Positions 40,290 to 55,591 of a stretch of DNA of 64,000 bases are shown piece by piece; position 1 is the stretch's first letter, and the number at the start of each line of letters is the position of its first letter. The notes beneath the pieces were generated by a model that searched no databases, was not told the origin of the DNA, and was given only the letters and a program-made list of their open reading frames with translations. Both the position numbers and the translations under genes were made by a program. This DNA is from Eledone cirrhosa (lineage: Eukaryota): positions 306,900,001 to 306,964,000 of the forward strand of contig OZ024743.1 in assembly GCA_964016885.1 (NCBI GenBank), in the 5' to 3' direction.

Positions 40290-41045
40290 ATGTTAATTTG
40301 CCGAGACTGGTGAGACCACAAATCCGGGTAGTACTGTATACATTGGAAAGAGAAGAACGGATATATCGAAAGTTTAACCCTGCCCGTCTGTACACCCTTG
40401 GGAAGGCTATTGGACATTATGGTCCTGCCTGTCCGCGTGCCGAACCGCAGGCCCACCGACGCACTTGCTTAATTCTTGCTCCTGTCACCGCCTCGTATTC
40501 TCTTAGAGTAGTGCCGATCGCGTCGAAGTGTTTAGCGCTAGACATCACTACAGTGATGTCGTCGGCATAAGATGATACGGTTCTCCCGCATCCTAGTTCA
40601 CGTGGGATGCCCCTCAACGTCTCCAGTGTGTAAAATAATGGCTCTAGAGACAATACATACATGAGCGCATGATGTTGAAAGGTTCCGAAAGTGACCTTTC
40701 TATCTCACCACAGAGCAGATGTCACGGTGCATTGCAGTGATCCACTCTCTGAAAACGGCCCCCAAACCTGTTTCGCTGTGGACTACCGCTAGGTATGGTC
40801 GACCCTATTGAATGATTTTGACTGATCCAAGTTGATCAGGGCCTAATCCGTGCCAAGTTTCTTAGTTACCCTCTCTCTGATGTTAGCTACCCTCTCTATG
40901 ATGTATGGCATGCGGTGGAGATTGTCGGGGATTGTCTGCGCCTCTCCCACCAGACACCAGACGACAAGAGCCAACCTTGGCCAAAATTTTTATCCCTGTG
41001 TTAGCAAAGTTATGGGCCTGAAATTTTCTATGTAGTCCCCCTTAA
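40290..41045 (-). mobile_element. Tx1/L1-like LINE RT fragment, degraded
   Basis: YVLSLEPL, SSYADDITVV, YEAVTGARI; upstream INLDQSKSFNRVDH. Confidence 0.65.
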
Positions 41046-41195
41046 TGTCTATTGAATAGAAATAGGACAGGATACAGTGTATGGAAGTATTGCTTGAAGG
41101 TTGACAGTTAATATTTTAATGCATTTAGAATTTCATCATCCATTTTATACACATACAAACATACATACATACATACATACATACATACATACATA

Positions 41196-41394
41196 GTATG
41201 ACTGAACTTGGATTTGCGGACAAAAAGCGCAGCTCCCTAATTCATAGTCTACAAATGGCTGCGATAGCTGGCACCTTCAAAATTTGCAAAACATTCTTGC
41301 GATTCAAGGGATGACAATTTCTTTTCTTTTACAACCTTGCCACCAGGAAGGTGGCCGGTCAAAAAATATACTCAAAATTAAGAGAAAGAGAAAA
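41196..41394 (+). mobile_element. 3' end of R4/Dong LINE family B
   Basis: Matches 14820-15019; (TACA)n on both sides. Confidence 0.8.
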
Positions 41395-41464
41395 CATACA
41401 TACATACATACATACATACATACATACATACATACATACATACATACATACATACATACATACA

Positions 41465-41497
<33 letters not shown>

Positions 41498-41709
41498 CAG
41501 TCAACGCGATCAGTCGCATATTTTGGCGTGGGAGACTATTTATTAAATTTAAGATGAATACTATCTCCGACAGTAATGCCACAACTACAGCCAGGTTGAA
41601 TAACTGGTTATTCTTCTAACTATCCCTTCTGAAGACACCTTTTATTCGAATTCGTAGAGATATCCGACTAAATACATAATTCATTTTACAAGGATTTGCT
41701 ACAAACAGC

Positions 41710-44700
41710 ATGGCTGAACACAACATCAACAAGAAAATTAAGGAAGTATCGAAGACAAATAACAAAGAAGGTAATCAAACTTTATTCAGTTGTAGCTACA
41801 GAAGAAACCGAAATTATAAATCGCATTTCTCTTGGAGTTGCGAACTTAATAATGATTTATTTAGTTGTTATAAAATGGCAAAAAACAATCCCTCCATTGG
41901 CTATATGAATAGAATGAAGCTACACTGGGACGAAATGCACCCAGAGCTAAATTATTTCACAGTGAAACAATTACGCCAACAAGCGACGTTTGTTGAACGT
42001 AAAAATAAAATAAATATTATTAATTGTAAGTCCCCCACAACAAACATGGAATCAACAACACGTGCTACAGATCGCCATGCTACTAGACTTCCTAGCAGCC
42101 AGGTCGAACAGCGCCTTGAAACAACTATGCCTGTACCATCTAAGTCTACCTCGAATGCTGGGGAATACACTATCGATAATAATAATAATCGAAGAAATAA
42201 TAATAATAATCGAATAAATGCGACACCACGTATACCATCTGAGTCTACCTCGACTGTTGTGGAAAATACTATCGATAATGATAATCAAAAGTATAAACAA
42301 TTGAAAATTTCCCTCAACGAAATCTTCAAGAGAGAAATTAACTCATGTATAAATATCTCTGTGGCTGAACGTGTTAAAATGACAATGGTGAATAAAAAAC
42401 CAAATAATGAAATACTACGTGTTATTGACGAAATAGGGGATGAATATTTATGACGGATAAAAACCCCAACATTTTGGCAAATCAACGCCTGTTTATATGC
42501 CTTAGCAATGACAGTGAAGCATTATCTTGGTGATAGCAGAGATATTAACAAGAACAAAACGCCACCAAAAATACCATCATATATAACTAAAATAGAAAAA
42601 AAGAGTGCTGACCTACGAAAAAACATAGGATATGTGACAATGCTCCTTACATGCAAACAAACACAAAAAAACTCACTCCTCACCAACAAAGAGTGAAAAA
42701 TAAAATAGAGACGATGTTTGGTAACAGTAGAACCAGAACTCTCCAATATAAGCTGATCACCCTCAAACAAGAATTGAGAGCTGTTAGCGAAAAACGCCGA
42801 TACCTGAAGAAGGTAGATGAGAGAAAAATGCTTAATAAAAGATTCAGACGAAACCAAACATCAGTCTATAGAGATATGAAGGGCAAAATAATTGTTTCTA
42901 CGTTTGGCACAAGGCCAGCAATTACCCAGTGCATTACTGGTACTTTATTTTATCGACCCCGTAAGGATGAAAGGCAAAGTTAACCTCGGCGGAATTTGAA
43001 CTCAGAATGGCAAGGGTCGTAACTCTATACGTCAAATATGGCGTCCGACCCTCTACCAATACTGCCAACACTAGGCCCCATCCCAGAAATACATAGATTC
43101 CTTTTGGAGAAAAATATGGGGTGAAAAGAAGAATTTCAACCAAGATGCAGTGTGGCTAAGAGAAATCCGAAAGAACTATTGCTCCTACACTACAACAAAA
43201 ACATACGAAATAAGTGAGTGTACCCTTGAGACTGTGATAGGAAAACTCCAAGATAAGAAAACACCAGGAAGAGACATGATTGTCGGCTACTGGTACAAAA
43301 AACTAATATTCTATCGGTGGTATCTTACTGACCTCTACCAACAAGTTCTTAAGGGAGATACACTTATACCAGGTTGACATTAGCACAAACGTTACTGGTC
43401 CCCAAGAACAAAGACACCCACTTGGCAAAAAACTACCGACCCATTGCATGCCAGAACCTGATGTATAAGATGTATACAGCCTGCCTGAACCTATTCCTCC
43501 AAGATCACTGTGAAAATAATAACATCATCACAGATGAACAAGCAGCTGGAAAGAAAAGGGTTTGGGGATGTGCTGAACAACTCCTAATCAACAAAACTGC
43601 GATGTCGGAGGTGCGAGAACTTAGGAGGAATATGACTACAGTCTGGCTGGACTACAAGAAAGCTTTCGATTCTGTTCCCCACTCTTGGATGATAGAGGCC
43701 CTCCAACTTGCTAAAGTCCCAGACATTATTGTCAGAGCCATAGAGAGGCTGTCTTCTTCTTGGGCTACTATCCTAAGGTTAAAGACAGAGAGGGAGGACT
43801 CTATTTTCACTGATAAAATAAAATATTGCAGGGGTATATTTCAGGGGGACAGTCTCTCTGTGATATTGTTCATCTTGTCATTAAACCCCTTGTCCTTTCT
43901 GCTCAAGAAATGTGAGGGATACATCATTGGCTCACAGGAAGACAGAAATACGAACCTAACCCATAACTTCTTTGTGGACGATCTGAAACTCTATGCCAAG
44001 AACATGGATGGGATGAAGAAAAATCTTGACCTGGTTACAACGTTCTCAAAGGATATAGGAATGGAGTTTGGCCAAGATAAATGCTCATACATGACTGTAA
44101 AGCGGGGAAAAACAACAACCCAATCTAGCAACATTGTCATCAATAGTCTAACTGTTTCACCGATATCTGATGAGGACTGCTACAGATACCTGGGGATAGA
44201 TGAGAACATATCCTATAATGGTATCTGTAATAAAGAACGCGTAACCAGGGAATACTACAGCCAATTAAGAAAGATCTGGTCATCGGAACTCTCTGCGCAA
44301 AACAAAACAGTGGCTCACAATGTGTTTGCTGTGCCTGTCCTAACACCAACGTTTGGAATACTCAATTGGACGATAGACGAAATCCGAGCAGTTGATGTTG
44401 GAACTCGAAAAATACTGAACAACACCGGAAACTTCCACATCAACAGTGACATAGACCGCCTTTACTTGAAACGTAGGCAGGGAGGCAGAGGCCTAACATC
44501 AGTCCAGACATTTGAATGTCGCATCATATCTCTCCGACAACATCTACGAACCTCGAAGCATAGGAGCCCGTCTCTCGAGAAAGTATATCTGCATGAAACA
44601 GATAAGATCATGAGAGTTGGGAAGGAACTCCTTGTGAGATATTCTCTGTGTGATAATCAAAAACTCACACCCAGGGATGTCGCTCAGCAGTATCGCAGTG

Positions 44701-45534
44701 AATCCATGGATGAAATACTGTATGCCTATCAGCAAAAAATCATGCATGGATATGTTGCCAGGAAGCTCCAAAGTGAGAGTAATATAGATAAGGAAAGTAG
44801 TCTATCTTGGACCAACAACCGCTATATTGGCTCCCACTTTGAAGGATACGCTTTTGCAATCCAAGAACAGGAGATTAGCACGAAATACCTGATTCACAAA
44901 AGAGATAGGGATGCAGGCAAAACACCTAGATGTGATAACAAGTGCAGACTGCCGAACTAACATCGAGGATATCACGCATGTCATCAGCAGCTGTCCAAAG
45001 ATGTCATCGCGGTACTATCTACCTATGAGGCATGATGTAGTGGCCAAAACACTGTACAATGCAGTTCGTAAAAAAGATAGCCCCGATGATAAACACATTA
45101 AAAGATACAACAATGTGGAAGACATCCATGTACATAATATGAAAGAGTACTGGTGGAATGTTCCAGTAAAAACCCCAATAAAATGCAGGCATAACATGCC
45201 AGATATTGTGGTATGGGACAGGGAGAGGAAAACATGCACAGTAGTGGAAATTAGCTGCCCAGCAGATGCCAATATAATATCAAAGATTAGTGAAAAGGAG
45301 AATATTTATGTAGAACTGATGAGAAATCTGCAGATACTCCACCCTGATTACACCTTCAGATTTTTGCCTGTGATTATTGGGGCACTGGGATATGTTAGTA
45401 ACTGCCTCAATACAAATCTTGAGAAGCTAGGCTTCATAGGAACAGAAAGAACACAACTAGTTAGGAAATTACAAGTACAATCCATTAATGGAACAGTAAA
45501 AATATGTAAAACATTCAAAACATTTTGCATCTAA
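41710..45534 (+). pseudogene. LINE single ORF (Myb-like, RT, CCHC, RLE) with stops, frameshifts and a SINE insertion
   Basis: WSCELNNDLFSCY..GYMNRMKLHW; NYRPIAC, WLDYKKAFDSVPH, GIFQGDSLS, FFVDDLKLY; HNMPDIVVWD, VEISCP. Confidence 0.9.
42889..43070 (-). mobile_element. tRNA-derived SINE inserted in the LINE
   Basis: Reverse complement of the 34140 family. Confidence 0.8.
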
Positions 45535-45796
45535 TAACTGCATATACACATGTACAGATACAAAGCATATACACATGCACACATACAACTCAAAACATCC
45601 ACATTCACACATACAATAACATCCATATCTACACATGCATGCATGCAGACATACATACATATCTACCTAGTTGATGTTGTGTAAATTCCAATGAGAGAGT
45701 CTTGTGTCTATGTTAGAAACCGACTCTCTCTCTATTGGGAAAAAATTTGTGAATTTATAAAACCAGAAGAACATACATATATACATACATACATAC

Positions 45797-46397
45797 ATGG
45801 TGGCTGCCAACTCGTTTTCGAGTACGGCCACTACTTTATATCCATGTAGGAGAACCCCTACTGATGCGCTGAACGAGTGACTTTTTAGTCCAGCCAGCGA
45901 CTTGAAAACTCTGGTACAAAGACTACACTTGTGACAATTATTGACACATAGTGTTGGGCCCATGGTACCATGTGACGACAAGTGCAGAGAGATCTCCAGA
46001 TATAAAGCAATGCCTGTGCCGTGAAGCTTTTATAGTGAGCAAAGGCACTGCACAAAGCCAGTCCCACTCTCTTAACCAAGATGATATTTACCAAAAAGAA
46101 GAACAAGTCAACATCATTGGATACCATCAGGGTTGCAGGTGTTATATCAGAGTTTTCCTTCTCTTAGAATTCTGCCTTGACAAAGGCTAAGGGGTCATCT
46201 CTCCCGGTGATTTTGGATGGCCATTGACTCTTAAGAGCTCCTTTGCCAGGTTTTGTTTTTAGTCCTGCAGGATGTCCAAAGTCACCCTCCTCACCAAGAA
46301 ACCTTGGTGGGGTTGCCAGTTTAGTCGCCAACGACCCGACCATGAGACAGGTTGTACTGGGATACATGTTACCAGTAGCACCAACTGGTGACCTGAC
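45797..46397 (-). mobile_element. RTE-derived non-autonomous element retaining an RTE 3' zinc-finger remnant
   Basis: Family 5' leader plus CSLCTRVFKSLAGLKSH before the (TGTA)n tail. Confidence 0.65.
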
Positions 46398-46446
46398 ATA
46401 ACATACATACATACATACATACATACATACATACATACATACATAC

Positions 46447-46692
46447 AGTAAAAAATATGTAAAACATTCCAAAAATTCTGTATCTAATAACTGTATGTTC
46501 ACATGTACAGATACAAAGCATATGCGCATGTACACATATAACTCAAAACATACACATCTGCACATACAATAACCTCTATACCTACACATACATACATGCA
46601 TGCAGACATATCTACCTAGTTGATGTTGTATAAATTTCAATGAGAGAGTCTTGTATCTATTGGTAAAAATGTATTAAATTATAAAAACAGAA
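46447..46692 (+). mobile_element. 3' end of R4/Dong LINE family A, diverged
   Basis: Matches 45494-45771. Confidence 0.75.
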
Positions 46693-46709
46693 CATACATA
46701 CATATATAC

Positions 46710-47240
46710 ATGATGGCTGCAAACTCTGCTAAGAGTATTACAATCGCTTGTCAGATTATAGAGTTTGGTGCACTTTTATGTTATGACCAGTCACACAAAA
46801 TTGTAACATATCCTGAACACGCAATGCCTCTGCTTTGAATGTTTTTTAAGTGGAGAAAGGCCTTGCACTTGACCAACGCCACTCGCTGAGCATCGAAAAT
46901 ACTACCCGAAAAGCGGAACGGGTCAACATCATCGGATGTTTCCGAAGCCGCAGGTTTTTTTGTTTTTGTTTTCAGAGATTCCCTCTCTTAGAAATGTGCT
47001 GTGACAACAACTGGGGCCTTTCACTCTCGGGTGAAAAAACAAAACAAAAAAAAACTAATATTTTGATGGTCGTTGAATCTGCTGAGTTCCTCCGCCCTTT
47101 GCCGGGTCTTGTATTTCATCCCGCAGGGTGTCCAAATATCACTCTCCTCACCAAGCTTGCCGGTTTAGTCACCGACGACCCGACCAAGAGACAAGTAGTA
47201 CTGGGTTACATGTTACCAGTAGCACTTAGAGCGACCTGAG
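46710..47240 (-). mobile_element. RTE-related SINE-like element
   Basis: Family match. Confidence 0.65.
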
Positions 47241-47255
47241 ATACATACATACATT

Positions 47256-48127
47256 GATGGCTGCCCCCTCGTTATCGAGTATGGCCATTGCACGGTATAC
47301 CATTATTAATAATTATTAATTAATTCTATCGTACAATGCCTGTTCGTGAAGATTTTTTTTAAAGTGAGGAAAGACAGTGCACTGAGCCAATCCCACTCTC
47401 TGAGCGACAGTGGCTATAACCTGAAAAGAAGAAAAGATCAACATCATCGGTAACTACTGAGCTGCAGGTTTTATATCGGAGTTAACCCAGTTTCCTGAGT
47501 TGCCTTCTAGAAGAATGCCCTGACAAAGGCTAGGGCTTTAACCACGCGATCGGGTGTCCAGCCCGACTATTTCTATGTCCCCGCGCATATACATACACAT
47601 GCACCCATGCATATATACATATACATGTACATACATATGTACATGTGTATATACATATTTACACAGTTTTGGATGGCCGTTGATTTTTACGAGTTCTTCC
47701 GCCTTTTGTCAGGTTTTGTTTTTTGTCCTGCCGGGTGTCCAAAATCACCCCCTCACCAAGTAAACTTGGTGGGGTTGCCGGTTTAGTCGCCGACGACCCG
47801 ACCATGCGACATACAGTATATGGAAGGGATATATTAGGTTAACATTTGATATAGCAGGAAGAGGGTCTTAACATTTCGGACGTTAGTCCTTCATCAGAAG
47901 AAAGAATGAGAAATAAGATAGATTGAGGGGACGAGTGGGTTGGAATTGGAAAAAATGTCTTTAGATAAAAATAACAGGTCCATATATGTTGACATCTCTT
48001 GCAAAACTGTTGGTGCTGGCGTTTTGTGTATGATTTATTTTTTAGAAAAGTGGATGATGGAGCATGTCTACCTGAAATGGAAAAAAACCGTTTTGTAAAA
48101 AGAGCTATACTCATGCACGTGAGTAAG

Positions 48128-48176
<49 letters not shown>

Positions 48177-48238
48177 TGTGTTATTATACGTCCGTACTGG
48201 GTTACATGTTACCAGTAGCACTCAAGAGTGACCTGACA
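47256..48238 (-). mobile_element. RTE-related SINE-like element split by a PLE pLTR insertion (47812-48193)
   Basis: The SINE breaks at ccatgcgaca and resumes at gtactgggttacatg; the insert is the reverse complement of ~39637-40035. Confidence 0.7.
47866..47901 (-). ncRNA. Ultra-minimal type I HHR
   Basis: Identical to 39947-39982. Confidence 0.7.
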
Positions 48239-48677
48239 TACATACATACATACATACATACATACATACATACATACATACATACATACATACATACAGG
48301 TGCATACGAAACCAGATGAAAATACTTTAGTAACATAAAAAAAATGTAATTATATGGAATATAATGAGACAAAATAGGATGGTAACTAAATCCCTTCTCG
48401 TCGATTTTAATTTCTTCACTTTTATTAAATTATTTCTTTTATTTTAATCACATTTATCACTGAGAAGTCACGTGACTTTGTGATTACCATAATGTCGTTG
48501 GTTTGATTCCTGGCTCTGATTTTGTTTTTTAGTAAAATAGTTTATTTCATATTGCTTCTTCTAGTCGGAGTTGTGGCCAGCAGATAGCATAAACAATGGA
48601 AAGACCAACAGCAACATGGCTTCCTGGGTCCGATTTAAAAATCAGCAGTTTCCTTTCCCCTTTTTATTCATCTTTTT

Positions 48678-48942
48678 TATGATTGTTTTGTTAGGAATTA
48701 TGTTATTGTTGTTATTGATGATAATGTTATTGTTGTTATTGATAATATTATTGTTGTTGATGATAATATTATTGTTGTTATTGATAATGCTATAGTTGTT
48801 GTTATTGACGATAATGCTATTGTTGTTGTTATTATTGATGATAATGTTATTGTTGTTCTTGTTGATGATGATGATAATGTTATTGTTGTTGTTGTTATTG
48901 ATAATAGTGCTATTGTTATCATTGTTATTGTTATTGTTGTTG
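48678..48942. repeat. Degenerate (TTG/TGA)n low-complexity repeat
   Basis: Read directly. Confidence 0.85.
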
Positions 48943-49317
48943 TCGTCAGCATCGTTTTCACCCACAACAACAAAATCTTACACTCAATAAACAAAATACT
49001 AATCAGTACAGAGAACTGATAAACCAGCCGCCATAGTTCAATAAATCCATGTTGACATACATACGTGAAAGCCACAATACATAAAACGTCCAATTAATAT
49101 TAATAGGAAGAAGAAAACAAAATATTAATTAATTAAATAAATAATTACTATAGTTAATTAAAATTAATTAGCTCCGACTGATTAATAGGTAGAAATAATA
49201 AAGGCGCATACAGACCCATATACAATATATTAATGCATAATAAACATATACAGAGTCTCACCGTGGTATTTTAAACTAAGATCATAAATGTACTCTAAAC
49301 TGTTTTCGGATCCATAA

Positions 49318-49470
49318 GATGGCGAATTGGCAGAGTCGTTAGAACGTCAGATAAGCTTTGCAGTATTTGTTCCGGTTTTCTACTCTTGGGATTTAAATCC
49401 CGCCGAGGTCAACTTCGCCTTTCATCAATTCAAGGTCGATAGAAAAAAGTACCAGTCAAGTACTGGAGGC
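49318..49470 (+). mobile_element. tRNA-derived SINE, diverged subfamily
   Basis: ggcgaattggcagagtcgttag..aaatcccgccgaggtcaacttcgcctttcatc. Confidence 0.7.
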
Positions 49471-50369
49471 CATTTTCTTCCTGTATATCTCTTTCTCATT
49501 TCCATTCCCTCATTCTCTACCCTTCTCTAGAAGAAACTGGCTGTATTCAGACCTAGAGAGAAGTTTGGATCCGCCAGGTTTAAAAATATATACACGGAAA
49601 AGAAGTTGAAAAGGCAATTTGAGTTTTTAAGAAGCTTTATTTAGAATAACTTTACCGGTTTCTCAGTTTGATGATTTTAGGTGGTTGTTTAAAATAACAT
49701 TGTACTTAAAACATTATCTGATGTCCTGTAAGTTAGTGGTTTAACAAAAAGAGATAGATAAAAAAAAGTATTAAGCTTTAGAATATAAGTGTTAGGGTCG
49801 ATGGTGGTTGCGAACGAACTCCTTAATTATACAGATATGGTGGTGCCTATATCCGGATAAACTAGATACAGATGCCGGAAAATGGATGCTGTACTTGCGA
49901 AGTGAAGTAGAATATGATATCGGAAGAATGTGAACCCCAAAACACGAGGCACTAAAATAAATAGATTTACATATGTAATCTAGTGGAAGGAGTTTAAAGT
50001 CGTAAATCTGAGATAATTTTATGTCTTAAGTTTTATTAGATGTTTATTACATCATCACCAACAACAGCGCCATCAATGTTACGGCCATTACAAACATCAC
50101 CAACAACAGCGCCACCATCAATCTTACGGCTATTACCAACATCACCAACAACAGCACCACCATCAATGTTGTTACGGTCATCACCAACGACAGCGCCAGC
50201 ATCAATGATACGGCCATTACAAACCACCAACAACAGCGCCACCATCAGTGCTACGGCCATTACAAACATCACCATAACTATCACTGTTGTTGTCCCGTTG
50301 GTTACCATCAAACACCGTGTGCACATTCCATATCATCATCATCATCGTCGTCATCGTCATCGTCATCAT

Positions 50370-50410
<41 letters not shown>

Positions 50411-50441
50411 GCAGCAATAACATATACCAACATCATTATCA

Positions 50442-50618
50442 TGGCAGTATTAGTAGAGCGTCAGACACCATGCTTTGCAGCATAGAGTTATGGCCCTTTG
50501 CGTGCTGAGTTCAAAACCCGCCGAGGTTAACTTTGCCTTTCATCCTTACGGGGTCGATAAAATAAAGTACCAGTAATGCACTGGATAATTGCTGGCCTTG
50601 TGCCTAAAGTAGAAACAT
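50442..50618 (+). mobile_element. tRNA-derived SINE
   Basis: Family match to 34140. Confidence 0.8.
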
Positions 50619-50674
50619 TATCACTGTTGTCTTAATGGTCTCCATCGACATAGTTAGCACGCTCGATGACATCA

Positions 50675-51392
50675 TCACCACCACTATTATCATCACAGTC
50701 ACTATACCACCACCACCACCACAACCACTTGCCCACCACCAGCACCAGCACCACTACCACCACCACTATTATCATCACAGTCACTATACCACCACCACCA
50801 CTGCCCACCACCAGCACCACCACCACCACCACCACTATTATCATCACAGTCACTATACCACCACCACCACCACAACCACTTGCCCACCACCAGCACCAGC
50901 ACCACTACCACCACCACTATTATCATCACAGTCACTATACCACCACCACCACTGCCCACCACCAGCACCACCACCACCACCACCACTATTATCATCACAG
51001 TCACTATACCACCACCACCACTGCCCACCACCAGCACCAGCACCACCACCACCACCACTATTATCATCACAGTCACTATACCACCACCACCACTGCCCAC
51101 CACCAGCACCAGCACCACCACCACCACCACTATTATCATCACAGTCACTATACCACCACCACCACTGCCCACCACCAGCACCACCACCACCACCATCACT
51201 ATTATCATCACAGTCACTATACCACCACCACCACTGCCCACCACCAGCACCACCACCACCACCACCACTATTATCATCACAGTCACTATACCACCACCAC
51301 CACTGCCCACCACCAGCACCACCACCACCACCACTATTATCATCACAGTCACTATACCACCACCACCACCACCACCAGTGCCCACCACCAGC

Positions 51393-51423
<31 letters not shown>

Positions 51424-52240
51424 CCACCACCACCACTTCCCACCACCAGCACCACCACCACTAATCCGCCCCAACTACCACTACAACACCACCAGCACCA
51501 CCACCACCACCACCACCACTAATCCTCCCCAACTACCACTACAACACCACCACCACCACCACCACTGCCCACCACCAGCACCACCACCACCACCACTATT
51601 ATCATCACAGTCACTATACCACCACCACCACCACCACCAGTGCCCACCACCACCACCAGCACCACCACCACCACCACTAATCCTCCCCAACTAGCACTAC
51701 AACACCACCACCACCACTGCCCACCACCAGCACCAGCACCACCACCACCACCACTAATCCTCCCCAACTACCACTACAACACCACCACTGCCCACCACCA
51801 GCACCAGCACCACCACCTCCACCACTAATCCTCCCCAACTACCACTACAACACCACCACCACCACCACTGCCCACCACCAGCACCACCACCACCACCACT
51901 AATCCTCCCCAACTACCACTACAACACCACCACCACCACCACCACCACTGCCCACCACCAGCACCACCACCACCACTGCCCACCACCAGCACCACCACCA
52001 CCACCACTAATCCTCCCCAACTACCACTACAACACCACCACTGCCCACCACTAGCACCAGCACCACCACCACCACTAATCCTCCCCAACTACCACTACAA
52101 CACCACCACCACCACTGTCCACCACCACCACCACCACCACCACCACCACCACCACCACTGCCCACCACCACCACCACCACCACTAATCCTCCCCAACTAC
52201 CACTACAACACCACCACCACTACCACCACCACTGCCCACC

Positions 52241-52271
<31 letters not shown>

Positions 52272-52476
52272 CTAATCCTCCCCAACTACCACTACAACAC
52301 CACCACCACTACCACCACCACTGCCCACCACCAGCACCAGCACCACCACCACCACCACCACTAATCCGCCCCAACTACCACTACAACACCACAAGCACCA
52401 CCACCACCACCACCACCACTAATCCTCCCCAACTACCACTACAACACCACCACCACCACCACCACCACTGCCCACC

Positions 52477-52507
<31 letters not shown>

Positions 52508-52688
52508 CTAATCCTCCCCAACTACCACTACAACACCACCACCACCACCACCAGCACCACCACCACCACTAATCCTCTCCAACTACCACTACAACACCAC
52601 CACTGCCCACCACCACCACCACCACCACCACTAATCCTCCCCAACTACCACTACAACACCACCACCACCACCACCACCACTGCCCACC

Positions 52689-52719
<31 letters not shown>

Positions 52720-54125
52720 CCACTAATCCTCCCCAACTACCACTACAACACCACCACTGCCCACCACCACCACCACCACCACCACTAATCCTCCCCAACT
52801 ACCACTACAACACCACCACCACCACTGCCCACCACCAGCACCACCACCACCACCACTAATCCTCCCCAACTACCACTACAACACCACCACTGCCCACCAC
52901 CAGCACCACCACCACCACCACTAATCCTCCCCAACTACCACTACAACACCACCACTGCCCACCACCAGCACCACCACCACCACCACTAATCCTCCCCAAC
53001 TACCACTACAACACCACCACCACTACCACCACCACTGCCCACCACCAGCACCACCACCACCACCACTAATCCTCCCCAACTACCACTACAACACCACCAC
53101 TGCCCACCACCAGCACCACCACCACTAATCCTCCCCAACTACCACTACAACACCACCACCACCACTGCCCACCACCACCACCACCACCACCACCACCACC
53201 ACTGCCCACCACCACCACCACCACCACCACCACTAATCCTCCCCAACTACCACTACAACACCACCACCACTACCACCACCACTGCCCACCACCAGCACCA
53301 CCACCACCACCACTAATCCTCCCCAACTACCACCACCACTGCCCACCACCAGCACCACCACCACCACCACTAATCCTCCCCAACTACCACCACCACTGCC
53401 CACCACCAGCACCACCACCACCACCACTAATCCTCCCCAACTACCACTACAACACCACCACCACCACTGCCCACCACCACCACCACCACCACCACCACCA
53501 CCACCACCACTGCCCACCACCACCACCACCACCACCACCACTAATCCTCCCCAACTACCACTACAACACCACCACCACTACCACCACCACTGCCCACCAC
53601 CAGCACCACCACCACCACCACTAATCCTCCCCAACTACCACCACCACTGCCCACCACCAGCACCACCACCACCACCACTAATCCTCCCCAACTACCACCA
53701 CCACTGCCCACCACCAGCACCACCACCACCACCACTAATCCTCCCCAACTACCACTACAACACCACCACTGCCCACCACCAGCACCACCACCACCACCAC
53801 TAATCCTCCCCAACTACCACTACAACACCACCACCACCACTGCCCACCACCACCACCACCACCACCACCACCACCACCACTGCCCACCACCACCACCAGC
53901 ACCACCACCACCACCACTAATCCTCCCCAACTACCACTACAACACCACCACCACTACCACCACCACTGCCCACCACCAGCACCACCACCACCACCACTAC
54001 CACCACTAATCCGCCCCAACTACCACTACAACACCACCACTGCCCACCACCACCACCACCACCACCACTAATCCTCCCCAACTACCACTACAACACCACC
54101 ACCACTACCACCACCACTGCCCACC

Positions 54126-54156
<31 letters not shown>

Positions 54157-54450
54157 CTAATCCTCCCCAACTACCACTACAACACCACCACCACCACTAA
54201 TCCTCTCCAACTACCACTACAACACCACCACTGCCCACCACCACCACCACCACCACCACTAATCCTCCCCAACTACCACTACAACACCACCACCACCACC
54301 ACCACCACTGCCCACCACCAGCACCACCACCACTAATCCGCCCCAACTACCACTACAACACCACCACTGCCCACCACCAGCACCACCACCACCACCACTA
54401 ATCCTCCCAAACTACCACTACAACACCACCACCACCATCACCACAACTGT
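50675..54450. repeat. (CAC)n-based minisatellite with two ~55-65-bp unit types
   Basis: Marker ctattatcatcacagtcactata (50680-51620), then ctaatcctccccaactaccactacaa (51460-54425). Confidence 0.9.
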
Positions 54451-55446
54451 CACCACCTTCAAAGTCAACACCGCCACCACCACCACCACCCTACGACTAC
54501 CATCACCACTACTCCACATCCAACACCGCTACCACTAACACCACCACCACCACTAAACACCACCACCACCAACACCGCTACCACTAACACCACCACCACC
54601 ACTAACACCACCACCACCAACGCCAGCACCACTAACTCAACAACCACCATCACCCCCGACAAAATCAACCATAATCATCAGCAGCAGCAGCAGCATCGCC
54701 GCCGCCGCCACCACTATACCGTCACCATCATCACTACCACTACCACACGTCCATCCCCACAACCACTGTCAACATCAACATCACCACCACCACCACCAAT
54801 GTCATCGCCATCCCTGCTACCACCACCACCAGCAATTAACTGGTAATGAAAATGAAAAGAAGAAGAAGAAGAAAAGAAGAAGAAGAAGAAGAAGAAGAAG
54901 AAGAAGAAGAAGAAGAAGAAGAGAATGACTGCGGTTTCAGAAGAAATTGGTTAGTTTTAATTAATTGGTTCACTGGCTTAATGCCATGAGTTCATCACAC
55001 ACATATATACACATATATTCATACACATACACATCATATATACATGCACATATACACAAACACATATACACATACACATATACACATACATATATACACA
55101 TACATATATACAGATACACATACATTTATGCATGTATATAAATATATACATATATATATACACTTACATATATATATATATATACATACACATGCATATA
55201 TATACATATATGTACACACATACACATATATATACATACTTATATACACATACATATATACATATATACACATACACATATATATATACATACATATATA
55301 CACATATAAATACATATATACCTACATATATACACATATAAATACATATATACCTACATATATACACATATAAATACATATATACTTACATATATACATG
55401 CATATATACATACATATATACATATTTATATACACATACACATATA

Positions 55447-55529
55447 TTGGTATATTGGGTCGTCAAGTATGAAGTTTGTAGAAATTTGTAGACAAACAAC
55501 AGGTTTCTACAAATTTCATACTTAACGAG

Positions 55530-55534
<5 letters not shown>
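55447..55534. repeat. Small fold-back in (TA)-rich DNA
   Basis: tcgtcaagtatgaagtttgtaga / tctacaaatttcatacttaacga. Confidence 0.55.

Positions 55535-55591
<57 letters not shown>

Larger units (their letters stand above)
41497..45771 (+). mobile_element. Near full-length R4/Dong-type RLE LINE, family A
   Basis: 5'UTR, Myb-like N-terminus, RT, CCHC, RLE and 3'UTR; embedded in (TACA)n. Confidence 0.9.

Noticed and set aside
48565-48660. Possible host exon after a polypyrimidine-AG
   Set aside because: No clear donor, no recognisable peptide and no partner exons; needs RNA-seq.
50635-51694. Extensin-, mucin- or His-rich protein ORFs
   Set aside because: Open in several frames on both strands because of (CAC)n; no splice or domain evidence.
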